Positions 19,807 to 30,171 of a stretch of DNA of 39,245 nt are shown piece by piece. Position numbers and translations under genes: made by a program. The stretch spans positions 1 through 39,245 of the forward strand of contig JWZX01003316.1 of the NCBI GenBank assembly GCA_001275005.1, given 5' to 3'. The notes beneath the pieces were generated by a model. It saw only the letters and a program-made list of their open reading frames with translations, was not told the DNA's origin and ran no database searches. How positions within the stretch are numbered: position 1 is the stretch's first letter; each line of letters opens with the position of its first letter. Origin of the DNA: Chrysochromulina tobinii. Its lineage: Eukaryota.

Positions 19807-20835
19807 TCACTCACCCCGGAGCGGCTTCAACCCAAGCGAGGAGCGCAACGCGTTTGTTTCCTGCACCGAGATTCCCTCGCCGCCGTGCTTGGAGAACGCC
19901 TCGTCGTCGGCGGCGCCCCGTGCGACCATGCTCCGTGTGTTACCTTGCTCGGCTCGTGGCGGTTCCGCCTTGTTCTTCTTCTTGGCCCCGCCGGTGAGGA
20001 AGCGCTCCCAACGGCTGGAGCTGACCGCCGGCAGCGATGCGCCGTCGGCGGCCGTAGCAGGCGGGGGTTGCGGCGGCGGCTCTGGCCTCGAGCGTTGTCG
20101 TGCCTCCTCGTCTCGTTGGCGTTTGCGATCCTCTCGCTGCTGCTGCTGCCGCGTCTCCTCTGCGATCTCTCGCTGCGCATCGCCCTTGCGCTTTGCGAGC
20201 ACCGCCGCAATGCGACCGGCACTCTTATCGGCCGCTTCGACCTCCTTGCGGCGCCCAAACTGCTCACGAAGGACGCGCTCCTCGTGCTCCTCCTCCGTCT
20301 CCAAGCCGCGGCCCTGGGCGAAGAGCTCGGCCTTGGCAGCCAACGCCTCGTCGAGCTCAGCATTCCGCCTCTCCATTCCGCGCTTCTTCTCTTCAATCTG
20401 CGCATCGCTCAGCTTGCGCGCCACATGATCAGGCAGCTTCGCCGGATCCTTCTTTTGCTCCTCGTGGTACGATGCGCAGTGGTCACAGCGCAGCGTTCGC
20501 CCAAGCAACTTGGCTCCATTGAAGTTGTCCACGGCGAGGGCCGTGCTGCGCTGATCTTCGTAGCCGATGAATGCGAAACCGCGGGTTTTGCCGGTGTCCT
20601 TGTCGCGCGGCATGTTCACATCCACGATCTCGCCAAACTGTGAGAAGACCACGACGACGTCACCCTCGCTCAGGTCGGGTGGCAGCCCGCCGACGTAAAC
20701 ATATGCACTATCCTTGTACTGCGCGTGCCATGATTTATTGATGTCCCATTTGCCGGAATTGCCAACCGTGTCGGAGGCGAGCTGCAGCGCTACATCCTTA
20801 GCATTAATCCGCTCTATTTCCTTCACGCGGTTCAT
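19807..20835 (-). CDS. RBMX2: RBMX2/Snu17/Ist3 (RES complex RRM protein) with a C-terminal HIND-like motif
   Basis: MNRVKEIERIN..SWHAQYKDSAYVYVGGLPPDLSEGDVVVVFSQFGEIVDVNMPRDKDTGKTRGFAFIGYEDQRSTALAVDNFNG..LLGRTLRCDH is diagnostic. The protein ends in ISVQETNALRSSLGLKPLRGE. Confidence 0.95.
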   Translation of the reverse strand: MNRVKEIERINAKDVALQLASDTVGNSGKWDINKSWHAQYKDSAYVYVGGLPPDLSEGDVVVVFSQFGEIVDVNMPRDKDTGKTRGFAFIGYEDQRSTALAVDNFNGAKLLGRTLRCDHCASYHEEQKKDPAKLPDHVARKLSDAQIEEKKRGMERRNAELDEALAAKAELFAQGRGLETEEEHEERVLREQFGRRKEVEAADKSAGRIAAVLAKRKGDAQREIAEETRQQQQREDRKRQRDEEARQRSRPEPPPQPPPATAADGASLPAVSSSRWERFLTGGAKKKNKAEPPRAEQGNTRSMVARGAADDEAFSKHGGEGISVQETNALRSSLGLKPLRGE

Positions 20836-21644
20836 GCTGCTTGCGCGGGCACGATCACCGAATGGTGCCAGCAGGAGTCTGAGAACTTCGAAGTGTTTGC
20901 GTCACACAGCGTTTCCTGTCATTTCCGACTGTGCTTTTCTTTGTGCAACTGTCTATACTTTTAAAGGGCCGTACGACGACGAGACCCGAGTGTCGAGAGG
21001 TCCTCCCCCGCCGTCGCTCCCCCCGCGGCAGAGCCACAACGTATCAACGTTGTAGGGAACGTTGTTCGAGGGGATAACGATAAGCGATGAAAACACCATT
21101 TCCTCAGGGGGTCCGTGACTCAGGTGGCAGATCCGAGATCGCCGTCCGGGTGGCGCACCGGGTGGGTACGGCACGTGAAACATTCTGAGGTGTTGCACGC
21201 CTGCGTGAAACGAGAACCGACGGTTACCGAACCGACAAACTTTTCGACTCCGGCACGTGCGTGCGGGACCCTTCACCGCTTCTATTCGACAGTATATACC
21301 TTTCGACTTTTTCTCGCGGCCGCGCCGCGTTCAGATGCGTGAGTCCTATTGAAGGTGAGCGTCCCGTCTCTACATTGTGAGAGAGAGAACAGATACGGAT
21401 AATATATACGCAGAGCGTGGACCGGGGTTAACACAGGTTTGACGCGGATAAAGAGCGCGCAGCAAAGCGCGGGTCCGTGGCCAGCGTCCTCCGGGTCTCA
21501 ACACACGGCGTCGGTTTCGCCCTCTCGCGCGCACTGGCACTCAGTCTTTTCCAAACGCAGCTGCTCGAGACTGCCCGGCACGAGCAGCGACTTTCATCCA
21601 GGCCGCCCGGCCGGAGCATCGCGGCTGTCGCCTATGTAGGCCAC

Positions 21645-23114
21645 TCACATGACCATGGAGTCGCCAGCAAGGCCGGCGAACGAGATGGGCGTGCACTCGA
21701 GCGTGTCGAGGCTTACGAGCACGCACGTGTGCTCTTTGGCAAAGTCGGGCACGAGGACGACGCGCACGCGCTGCCCCTCGGGACCTATCACCGCTTTGCT
21801 CTCGAAGCGCGGCTGGTTGCCCGCAAAGTACAGATGCGGACACTCGTTGATGACAAACGGGTCGCGGCGCTCGAACGGGTAGCAGCCAAGCGCGTCGGGC
21901 GCCGTTGGCGCGAGATGCTGGAACTCGAGCGAACGCACAAGCGTAGCGAGGCGGTCATCCGAGGGCACGTAGCGCTGCATGTCGTCCAGGGGCTGCCCAG
22001 CCGATCCGACGATGCGCACGCCATCCACGTCGCAGCAGTACGGGTTGGTGCACAGGTTGAGCGTGGCGAGCTGCGACGAGTGCGGCAGCAAGCTCGTGTG
22101 GAAGGGCTGCTGTGGCAACAGAAAGTTGCACGGGTCGTCGCTTCCAGGCATCAAATCGACCGGGATCGCCGAACTCACCGCGGTGAGGAACTGGTCGAGG
22201 GTACGCACGGATTGCGCGAGCGCCTTCTGGTCGGTCGGCGCCATGCGCTTGAGCGCGTCGGACGGCTGCCACTCGCCCCCCGACGCGTCGGCGAGCGCTA
22301 AGGCCGGGTTGGTCGAGGCATTGCCGGCGATGATCAGCCTCACAATGTTCGACTGCAGCCGGTGATCCTCATCGCAGCCAAGCTGCCCGGTCAGGTGCTC
22401 TGCGAGCAGCTGCACGGGCAGCATGTCTTGGGTGCGGTGCCCAATGTGCAATCCCGACACTAGGGCAACGAAGCGCTCTCCCGAGGCGGCGGGCGGGCCG
22501 AGTGGGCGCTGAGGCCCGAGACCCGGCAGGCAGACGTCGTCCACCACGAGCTCGCCCTTCTCGCTCAGCTTGCCGCGCACGCACGCAACCATGCCGGTCA
22601 CAAAGATCGTATCGGCCAGTGCCTCGGGAAGCTTGAGTGCCAGCCGGCCCGAGTCGTCCTCGAGCAGTAACACGTCGTCCTCGCCGCAGTACTTGGTGAA
22701 CATGCGCTCTGACTCGGCCGGTCGCTTCTCGAGCACGTCGCGCGTAGAGTCCTCCATGATGTCAGGCTTACCTTTCATTTCCCTGTAGAGTGTGCCGATC
22801 GCCACTGTCGTGGCGTCAGGGACGGCATCAAGGACCTTGACGACGTTCTCGAGCGCAGTGGCACCCCACCTAGCCTTTGCCGCCGCTTCGACACGCGGCC
22901 GGAGCGCGTTCAGTCTGGCAAAGTACAGGTTAGAGAACTGGTGCGGAAGTTCTCCGGGTTGCACGCCAAAGATATCGCGGTTGTGGTCCTCGAATTGCGA
23001 AGCAGCGCGTTCTGCGATTATCCTGTGAGCGCGGGTTCGGGGCCATATGAGCGGGGCGGCGCGGTGGCAATGACGTCGGCGTGATCACGCTTGCGACCTT
23101 TTAGTGGTTGCCAT
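21645..23114 (-). CDS. POLD2: DNA polymerase delta subunit 2 (B subunit); probable exons 23114-23098 and 23022-21645
   Basis: QFSNLYFARL, IGTLYREM, LEDDSGR, VALVSGL, RLIIAGN, VDLMPGSDDP, LPQQPFH, TNPY, HLAPTAPD and CPHLYFAGNQ. The frame stays open to 23022. A short first exon (MATTKR) with a 75-nt GT-AG intron at 23097-23023 supplies the ATG; this 5' model is tentative. Confidence 0.93.
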
Positions 23115-23294
23115 GACGAGGCGCGATTTCTCGGCGAGATGAGGCGCCAAGATGAAGGCGCGAAGAAAGCACTGACAGTGAAGAAGCCAAATAAATGAGT
23201 CCGCCCCACCGTGCGCCCCACGAAGGAAAACGTTCTGTAGCCGTTCGATCTCGTACATTCTCACGTGACGATTGGCGATCACGCGCCCCACGTG

Positions 23295-26200
23295 ATGGAA
23301 AAGACTGGTGGCGATGTGAGCCGCCTCATCACGCTGCCTCGCGGCACCGGTCCGACGAGTGTTCGCGTCGCCTTCGAGCGTCTCGCGTCAGCGGTCGCGT
23401 CGCTCGCCGAGCCGTTGGTGGACAATGATGAAGGCAGCAGTGAGACGCTGCTCACAAGGATCGAGATCGAAGTGGATGGAGTGGTCGAAGTGGCCCACTG
23501 GCTCGTGCATCAGCGCTACTATCCGCGTGTGTACATGAGCGACCAACACAAGACGCTGCGCGTCGCGGGCATCGGAGCGGCGGATCGATTGCAAATCAAG
23601 AGCAGCGCTCCCGAGGCTCACGCTGACAGCAGCGCACCTCACGCGCTGCTTGCGGGCGCGTTTCGCGTGTTGCGTGGTGCCCCCGGACGCATGCGCTTCT
23701 ACGGAGGCATGCGGTTCGATCCAGGTGCCGGCCAGCAGGCCGAATGGGCATCCTTTGGCGAGAGCGTCTTCGTCCTGCCGTTGTGGGAGCTGCAGACTGA
23801 CGCCAACGGCCGCTGCTGGGCAGCTTGTCACCTGCGCTGGGCGCCAACGTCTGGAGCCGCGCGCTCCCGTGACAGCGACGAAAGCTTCGGGGAACCCAAG
23901 TCCGAGAGCCCTGAGCCGCCGCGCAGCTGGGCGGATGCTGCTCGTCATGCTCTTCATGTGCTGCAGCAATTGTGCCCATCCGCTGAGCCATTGCCGCCCA
24001 CACAGCAGAGCCTGCCGACGCTCGTTGGCCATCAAGGATCCCTGGGCCCAAGTGATTGGGAAGCAGGCGTTCGCACCGTCCTAGAAGGCATAGAAGCCGG
24101 CGAATGGACAAAAGTCGTCCTCGCCCAGCGTGTGCGTGTACTCTTCAACGCTGCCGTCGAACCGATGCATCTCCTGCTCAGGCTATTGGAGGCGGATGAC
24201 GCGGCGATTGCTCGTGACAACGCAGCAGGAGTCAACGGCAACGGTACCAGTCAGCCAGCAACCGACGACGTCGTTGGGTCTCCTAGACACGCTTACCTTT
24301 TTCTTCTCCAACTGAGCGCCGACGACTCCTTTATGGGCTGCACTCCCGAGAAGCTCTTCAAAATCGAGGGCGAAGAGCTCTCGACAGAGGCCATAGCAGG
24401 TACCCGGCCGCGTGGCGAGACAGCCGAAGCTGACCAACGGCTTGCGCACGAGCTTCTGCATTGCGACAAAGATTTACGCGAGGTTTTTGCGGTTCGCGAC
24501 TTTCTCCTTAAGGCACTCGAGCCAGCTTGTTCGCAGCTGCAGCACTCCGCTCCATTCGTTTTGCAGCTTCGCCATGTGCAGCACATTTGCGTTCCTTTTT
24601 CGGCGCAGCTCAAGAGCTCAGCAGAAGAGACAGAGCGTCACTTGCCAATTTCTTTGGCTCTTGCGTTGCTGCATCCGACTCCAGCTGTATGTGGCACGCC
24701 AAGTGCTGCGGCTCGACATGCCATTCAAAAGCTCGAGAGATTCGATCGTGGCTTCTACTCGGGACCGCTTGGGTACCTTGGAGCTGATGGATGCGAATTC
24801 TGTGTAGCGATCCGCTCCGCCCTCATTCGGGGCAGGGAAGCGTCAATTTACGCTGGCGCAGGAATCGTGCGCGGCTCGACCGCAGTAAGTGAATGGGAGG
24901 AGGTGCACATGAAGATGAAGAATTTCTTGTCGCTCTTCCCTGTCTCAGATCAGTTGGTCGCGTCGCCCGCGACACCTTACTTGCAGCTCCCGAACCTGAA
25001 CATCCTTCATGGAGTGCTACTCATAGAGGAGCTGCTGCGATCGGGTCTTGGCCATGTTTTCATGTGCCCAGGCTCGCGCTGTGCGCCTCTTACCATTGCC
25101 GTCGCACGCTCAGGGTGCGCCCACACGCTCGTGAATGACGAACGTGGTGCCGGGTTCATGGCTTTAGGTTTCGCGCGTGCTAGCGGTCGATGTGCGGCTG
25201 TCGTCGTCAGTTCAGGAACTGCGGTCGCCAATCTTCTTCCATCGGTGGTAGAGGCTTGGGAAGATCATGTGCCACTCTTGCTGCTGACTGCGGATAGGCC
25301 ACCGGAAGCTCGCGACACTGCAGCCAACCAGGCAGTCGCCCAGGTTGGAATGCTTGGTAGGTTGAAATGGTTCAAGGACCTCGGGTGCCCCACGCCACAG
25401 GTGCCTCTCGAGGCGTTGCTCTCTGACGCCAGCTTCGCTTTGGCACGAGCTTTTGGACCACCCGGTGGACCGGTGCATCTGAACGTCATGCTACGTGAGC
25501 CGCTCGACCCGTCGCCAGAGAGTTGGCCCCGCGAGCTGCTGGGCACAAGCAGGATGTTGAGATGGGTCGGCTCGCGCCAGCCATTCACGAACTACATGTC
25601 TCCCTACAGCAGCCTGCCGCAACTGGCACCAGACGCACAGCTTCTCCCCGTCGTCGACGCTCTGCGCGGTGCACGGCGCGGCTTGATAGTCGCAGGTGCA
25701 CTGAAGACACACGCGCAGAAGCAGGCGGTCAAGAGGCTGGCTGGCCATCTCGGTTGGCCTGTATTGATGGACATCTGTTCCGGGTTGCGACGTCCTGAAG
25801 ACAGCTTCACGGTGCCACTCGTCCCGCTCGGCGACCTTCTCCTGTCCGCAGAGCCCTCGCTGGCGAAAGCGGTGTCAGCAGATGTCGTCCTGCAGATTGG
25901 GGGCCGTCTCGTCTCCAAGCGGCTGCAGGCCATGGTGGCAGCGGCAAGTGATGTGCACATTGTCGTGGACGAGCATGGCGATCGCGCGGACCCAAGCCAC
26001 AGCGTGACGCATCGATTGCAAGGCAACGTGTCGTCAATTTTGAATGCCTTGGCAGCAGGGTTCCAGGAAGGAGAACTTCCTTGCAACCCTCTTCTTGCCT
26101 TGGTCGATGCCTCTCGTAATGCCGAGCTTGCTCTGCAATCCTGTTTGCGTGACTCCATGGTCGAACATGATATCAGTGAGGTGTGGGTCGCTCGACACCT

Positions 26201-26786
26201 TTGCTCGGTTCTCGTCCGTTGTGGTCTCGAAGACGAGGTTCTGTTTGCCTCTAACTCTTTGCCGATCCGGCACCTCGATGGCTATTGCGCTGTGGCGCCG
26301 ACAGTGCTTGCGAATCGTGGGGCGAGTGGCATTGATGGCATCCTGCACACGGCACTGGGAACCTCACTTGGTGGTGTGAGCCGCTGCACGCTACTAGTTG
26401 GAGACCTCGCGACACTGCACGACCTGAATGCGCTCGCTACTGCTCAAACAGTCAAGACGCCTCTCACAATCGTCATCCTCAACAACCGAGGTGGCGGCAT
26501 CTTTCGCTTCTTGCCGATCGCCTCACACAAGGATGTGTACAGTCCCTACTTCGACACTCCTCACACGAACAGCTTCGAACACTGCTGCAAGGCATTTGGG
26601 CTCCCATACTGCGAAACGCCGACACGCGCAGCGTTCGTCGAGGCCCTTGAGCAAAGCAGGCGCAGGGCTGGGCCGTTCGTTATCGAGGTGCCCACGGATA
26701 AGGAGCACGGGCATGTTCTGTCTCAGCAATTGCGTGCAGCCTCACGTGAGACAGCCAAAGGGCTGGCGGAGACCCTGTGCTTGTGA
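23295..26786 (+). CDS. menF-menD: Bifunctional isochorismate synthase (MenF) / SEPHCHC synthase (MenD) fusion, PHYLLO-related, phylloquinone pathway
   Basis: MenF motifs: KVVLAQ, TPEKLF, EAIAGT, LHPTPAVCG, FDRGFYSGPLG, EFCVAIRSA, YAGAGIV, EWEE. MenD motifs from about 24990: CPGSRCAPL, DERGAGFMALG, SSGTAVANL, LTADRP, GPVHLN, NRGASGIDG, GDLATLHDLN, NNRGGGIF. The first ATG is 23295. Confidence 0.94.
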   Translation: MEKTGGDVSRLITLPRGTGPTSVRVAFERLASAVASLAEPLVDNDEGSSETLLTRIEIEVDGVVEVAHWLVHQRYYPRVYMSDQHKTLRVAGIGAADRLQIKSSAPEAHADSSAPHALLAGAFRVLRGAPGRMRFYGGMRFDPGAGQQAEWASFGESVFVLPLWELQTDANGRCWAACHLRWAPTSGAARSRDSDESFGEPKSESPEPPRSWADAARHALHVLQQLCPSAEPLPPTQQSLPTLVGHQGSLGPSDWEAGVRTVLEGIEAGEWTKVVLAQRVRVLFNAAVEPMHLLLRLLEADDAAIARDNAAGVNGNGTSQPATDDVVGSPRHAYLFLLQLSADDSFMGCTPEKLFKIEGEELSTEAIAGTRPRGETAEADQRLAHELLHCDKDLREVFAVRDFLLKALEPACSQLQHSAPFVLQLRHVQHICVPFSAQLKSSAEETERHLPISLALALLHPTPAVCGTPSAAARHAIQKLERFDRGFYSGPLGYLGADGCEFCVAIRSALIRGREASIYAGAGIVRGSTAVSEWEEVHMKMKNFLSLFPVSDQLVASPATPYLQLPNLNILHGVLLIEELLRSGLGHVFMCPGSRCAPLTIAVARSGCAHTLVNDERGAGFMALGFARASGRCAAVVVSSGTAVANLLPSVVEAWEDHVPLLLLTADRPPEARDTAANQAVAQVGMLGRLKWFKDLGCPTPQVPLEALLSDASFALARAFGPPGGPVHLNVMLREPLDPSPESWPRELLGTSRMLRWVGSRQPFTNYMSPYSSLPQLAPDAQLLPVVDALRGARRGLIVAGALKTHAQKQAVKRLAGHLGWPVLMDICSGLRRPEDSFTVPLVPLGDLLLSAEPSLAKAVSADVVLQIGGRLVSKRLQAMVAAASDVHIVVDEHGDRADPSHSVTHRLQGNVSSILNALAAGFQEGELPCNPLLALVDASRNAELALQSCLRDSMVEHDISEVWVARHLCSVLVRCGLEDEVLFASNSLPIRHLDGYCAVAPTVLANRGASGIDGILHTALGTSLGGVSRCTLLVGDLATLHDLNALATAQTVKTPLTIVILNNRGGGIFRFLPIASHKDVYSPYFDTPHTNSFEHCCKAFGLPYCETPTRAAFVEALEQSRRRAGPFVIEVPTDKEHGHVLSQQLRAASRETAKGLAETLCL

Positions 26787-27083
26787 TCAGCTTAGCTCAG
26801 CGTTTCCTTGTGCGGAAAGTGAAAAGCAAAAAGAAGTGAATTCTGAAACACTTGTGGTATTGTATTACGCGCGGCGGCAATAACCCTATGATTATGTATG
26901 AATATTCCGCAAACTGGAAGCAGTTGATGTGTCTCAGAACCCTCTTGTCAGAACAGGAGGTGGCTCGTGACTGGTTGCCCGTCCGCGTCTTGCAACAACG
27001 AACAGATGAACATACTTAACCCGGCAAGCGCCCAAGCGGGTTGCCAAGCCCCTTGCCAACGAACCCTCAACGGCTCTTCAGCA

Positions 27084-27968
27084 TCACTCGAGAGTCCAGT
27101 CAATCGGTTGCTGTCCCATTTTGACGAGGAATTCGTTAGCTGCTGAGAAGCACCGGCAGCCTCGGAACTTGGTTACGCTGAGAGGCGACGGATGCGCCGT
27201 TTCGATGACGCAGTGCCGGCTGCGGTTGATCATGGTGCATTTTTTCTGAGCAAAACCGCCCCAGAGGATGAAGACAGTTGGAGTCTCTTTCGAATTCAGC
27301 ACGCGAATTACGGCGTCGGTGAATGTCTGCCAGCCATACGCTTGGTGTGAGTTGGCTTCGCCCTGACGCACAGTAAGGGTCGCGTTCACCATCATGACGC
27401 CACGCTGCGCCCAGCTCTCGAGGTTGCCGTGCGCAGGGCGCCGGAAGTCCTTCACGTCCTGCTCAAGCTCCGTGTATATGTTCTTGAGACTTGGTGGCAC
27501 CTCGACGCCGCGGCTGACCGAAAACGCAAGACCGTGTGCCTGGCCACGGCCGTGGTATGGGTCCTGACCGAGAATCACGACACGTACTGCATCGAGTGGG
27601 GTCAGGTTGAAGGCAGAAAAGACGTGTCTGCGAGGGTCGCGAGTCGATCGGAAGAAACTGGGTTGTGATGGGAAGCTGACCGCACGGTGCTCGAGAGGGG
27701 CGTACTGCTCTGGCGGGAAGATGGACTTAGTCTTGCGCTCCGCTGCAATCTTGTTGGCCAGCTCTGCAAAGTATGACTTTCCAAACTCTCGGCGCAGCGC
27801 AGCAAGCCAGCCGGGCTCTGTAAGGTGCCCGAGAAGAGCCGTGACAACCTCGGACTGCGGCGGCGGCTCGGGGCGCGCGACTTTGCTCGCGCCGTCGTTG
27901 GTCGCGGTCGCTGAGGTCGACGGTTGATCCTCGTCACGCGGGCGCTTCAGAAATCGCATCATGGACAT
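27084..27968 (-). CDS. UNG: Uracil-DNA glycosylase, family 1; exons 27968-27706 and 27627-27084
   Basis: VRVVILGQDPYHG, QAHGLAFSV, PPSLKNIY, NATLTV, FILWG and AHPSPLS. Removing the intron gives IFPPEQHVFSAF. ATG 27968 is preferred over 28076. Confidence 0.95.
   Translation of the reverse strand: MSMMRFLKRPRDEDQPSTSATATNDGASKVARPEPPPQSEVVTALLGHLTEPGWLAALRREFGKSYFAELANKIAAERKTKSIFPPEQYAPLEHRAVSFPSQPSFFRSTRDPRRHVFSAFNLTPLDAVRVVILGQDPYHGRGQAHGLAFSVSRGVEVPPSLKNIYTELEQDVKDFRRPAHGNLESWAQRGVMMVNATLTVRQGEANSHQAYGWQTFTDAVIRVLNSKETPTVFILWGGFAQKKCTMINRSRHCVIETAHPSPLSVTKFRGCRCFSAANEFLVKMGQQPIDWTLE
27628..27705 (-). other. UNG intron, 78 nt, GT-AG, in frame and stop-free
   Basis: GAGCA|GTACGC...TCGCAG|ACAC. 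The 26-aa insert interrupts the conserved PP..VF segment. Confidence 0.88.
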
Positions 27969-28092
27969 TGCTCTTCGCAAACGCGCGAAAATCCGTTGAG
28001 TCAAAAAACCTTTGGAAAAAAAGTCATGGGCTTGGTCACTGGTGAGGGATCGATACGCATGAAAGTTGTTTTCCATTTACGTCTCCTTTGGA

Positions 28093-30171
28093 ATGTCGAT
28101 ACTTGGAGATGCTTTCGGGCTTGCGGCTATGTCGGCGGCGGCGGAGAAGGTGAAGAGCGCCGCCGCCAAAGCGCATTCACTGGCGCAGGTCCACCTAGGT
28201 GATATGCTCGAGACAGCGGAGGTTCAATATGACGAGACAGGCCGTGCGGTGATCTCTACTGACCGACATCCAGGCGTTTCCGATGATGCGAAGGCCAATA
28301 GCAGGATTTCCGCGCTCATCGACGAGCGTGAACAGCTCCGCGAACTTGCCAACGAGCAGCTTAGGCAGCTGCAGGATCAGCTGGCGAGGCGGCTCGAGCT
28401 GACCGAGGAGCATCGTGCTGAAGCAGAGGCGCGGGTGCATGGAGCGGTCGAACGCGAGGAGCACCTGGAGCAGAGGATCCTCTCGCTCGAGGTGCACCTG
28501 GACGGCGAGCAGGCACGCCGGCGCATGCTCGAGGTCGAGTGCGAAGAGCTGCGCGCGCTGCGCCGCGAACACGCGACGTCCACGGAGGGGGCTGCGATGG
28601 CGCTTTCTGCGGCAGTGGACGCTGAGGCTGCTCGGTGGCGTGGCGACGTTGAAGAGATGCGCAGCGAGAGGGCCAAGGCGCAGCGTCGCTGCGAGCAGCT
28701 CGAGCAGGAGGTGAATGGCCTGAGAGAAGCCTGGCGAGCCGATCAAGAGGCGTCGCGTCTGCAGCAGCAGGAGCAGGAGCAGAAGGCGCGAGCCGCAGCA
28801 GGCTCGAGCCGAGAGGAGTCCACAAGCGTGGCGGAAACGGCGGCAACGGCGGCAGCGACGGCTACACGAATGCTCCGGGCAACGCTAAGCGCCGAGCATG
28901 CGCGAGAGGTGGCACGGTCCGTAGACGAGGCACGGGCGACGCAGCGCGCCGAGCACGAGCTCCAGATGGCGCAGGCTGTGGCACGCGCACACGAGAGCTT
29001 GGAGGCCACCCGACTGGACCGCGACGCGTGCATGCGGCAGGTGAAAGAGCTGCGCGTGGCCGTCGGCTGTATGACGCACGCCATAGCGGAGCAGGACGTG
29101 TGTCTCGCACGCACGGCTGCCGACGCGCAGAGAGCCGTCGAGGAGCGTGCGGCTCTGAAGGCGCAGGTGCAGCACGGAGTCGACGCAGCAAGCGAGCATC
29201 TTGAGAGCGCCACACGCGAGGCGGCGCACCAGGTACGTGATGCCGAGCTGCATGCTGCCAACCTTCGGCGCGAGCTTGACGAGCTGCAGCAAACGGTTGC
29301 AAAGGAGCGTGCGGACGTGGCGGCAGAACGTGAGTCGGCAGAGGAGCATCGCAAGGCGCAGGCCCGCACGCTTGCCGCGACGGTGAGCGAGCTGGATGGT
29401 GCGCAGCAAGAGCTACGTAAGGTGCGAGGCGAACTAGAAGCGCTGCGGCTCCACCTGCTCGATGACGAAGAGGAAAGTTCCCAACGCGAGGGGCAACTGT
29501 CCGACCATGTGCGCACACTCGAGGCCGCGGCTGCTGACTTGGAAGCGAGGAGGCAGAGCGCCGAGGCAGCGGCGGCGGCGAGCGAGAATCGCGCCGGGCG
29601 TGCCGAATCGGCCCTTGCGACAGCCGAGCGCCGCATCGTCGAGCAGTCGACCGCGCTCTCGAACTTGCAAATCGTGCTCGAGCACCTGCAGCTGCAGTCG
29701 ACCGGACCGAGCGAGGAGCTCACGCAGCTGCGCCTTGGTGGCCGGCTCCTCGCGGACGAGCTGCATCAAATGGAGGCTGAGCACGCCGGCGCGGTGCTCG
29801 CACGCGATGAGCTCCCCAAGGTGCGCCGCAAGCTCGAGGAGGAGAGGGAGGCGAATTTGCTGCGGCATGAACAGATGGCGAGCATGCAGGCACTGCTGCG
29901 TGCTGCAAAGGATGAGCGCTCGCAAGACTCGGTCATCGACAAGCAGCTCGTCGCCTCCGTGCTCGTCAAATACGTCGAGGGCGGGAACAGTGGCCAGGTG
30001 CTCGCAGTGCTCGCCTCGATGCTCGGCTGTTCTCATACCGAACGCCAGAGGCTCGGACTTGTACCCCGGACGATGATGGCGTCCCATCCGGATGCGAAGC
30101 TGTCCGACCTTTGGACCGACTTCCTGCTGGCCGAGTCAGGCGATGGGACGACTGGAGCTTCGGCGCGTTGA
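28093..30171 (+). CDS. Golgin with C-terminal GRAB domain (GMAP-210/TRIP11/Rud3-like)
   Basis: A long coiled coil is followed by VIDKQLVASVLVKYV..QVLAVLASMLGCSHTERQRLGL (GRAB) and SDLWTDFLLAES (GA1-like motif). The first ATG is 28093. Confidence 0.82.
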   Translation: MSILGDAFGLAAMSAAAEKVKSAAAKAHSLAQVHLGDMLETAEVQYDETGRAVISTDRHPGVSDDAKANSRISALIDEREQLRELANEQLRQLQDQLARRLELTEEHRAEAEARVHGAVEREEHLEQRILSLEVHLDGEQARRRMLEVECEELRALRREHATSTEGAAMALSAAVDAEAARWRGDVEEMRSERAKAQRRCEQLEQEVNGLREAWRADQEASRLQQQEQEQKARAAAGSSREESTSVAETAATAAATATRMLRATLSAEHAREVARSVDEARATQRAEHELQMAQAVARAHESLEATRLDRDACMRQVKELRVAVGCMTHAIAEQDVCLARTAADAQRAVEERAALKAQVQHGVDAASEHLESATREAAHQVRDAELHAANLRRELDELQQTVAKERADVAAERESAEEHRKAQARTLAATVSELDGAQQELRKVRGELEALRLHLLDDEEESSQREGQLSDHVRTLEAAAADLEARRQSAEAAAAASENRAGRAESALATAERRIVEQSTALSNLQIVLEHLQLQSTGPSEELTQLRLGGRLLADELHQMEAEHAGAVLARDELPKVRRKLEEEREANLLRHEQMASMQALLRAAKDERSQDSVIDKQLVASVLVKYVEGGNSGQVLAVLASMLGCSHTERQRLGLVPRTMMASHPDAKLSDLWTDFLLAESGDGTTGASAR

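Noticed and set aside
8130..26786. Bacterial operon or contaminant reading of dapF, FAH and menF-menD
   Set aside because: FAH has a spliceosomal intron, DapF has a eukaryotic presequence, and all are interleaved with clearly eukaryotic genes of similar composition.
27969..28092. UNG start at ATG 28076 and golgin start at 28066, giving overlapping genes
   Set aside because: 28066 is not an ATG, and the extension runs through AT-richer promoter-like DNA. ATGs at 27968 and 28093 give a normal divergent pair. A longer organelle-targeted UNG isoform is not strictly excluded.
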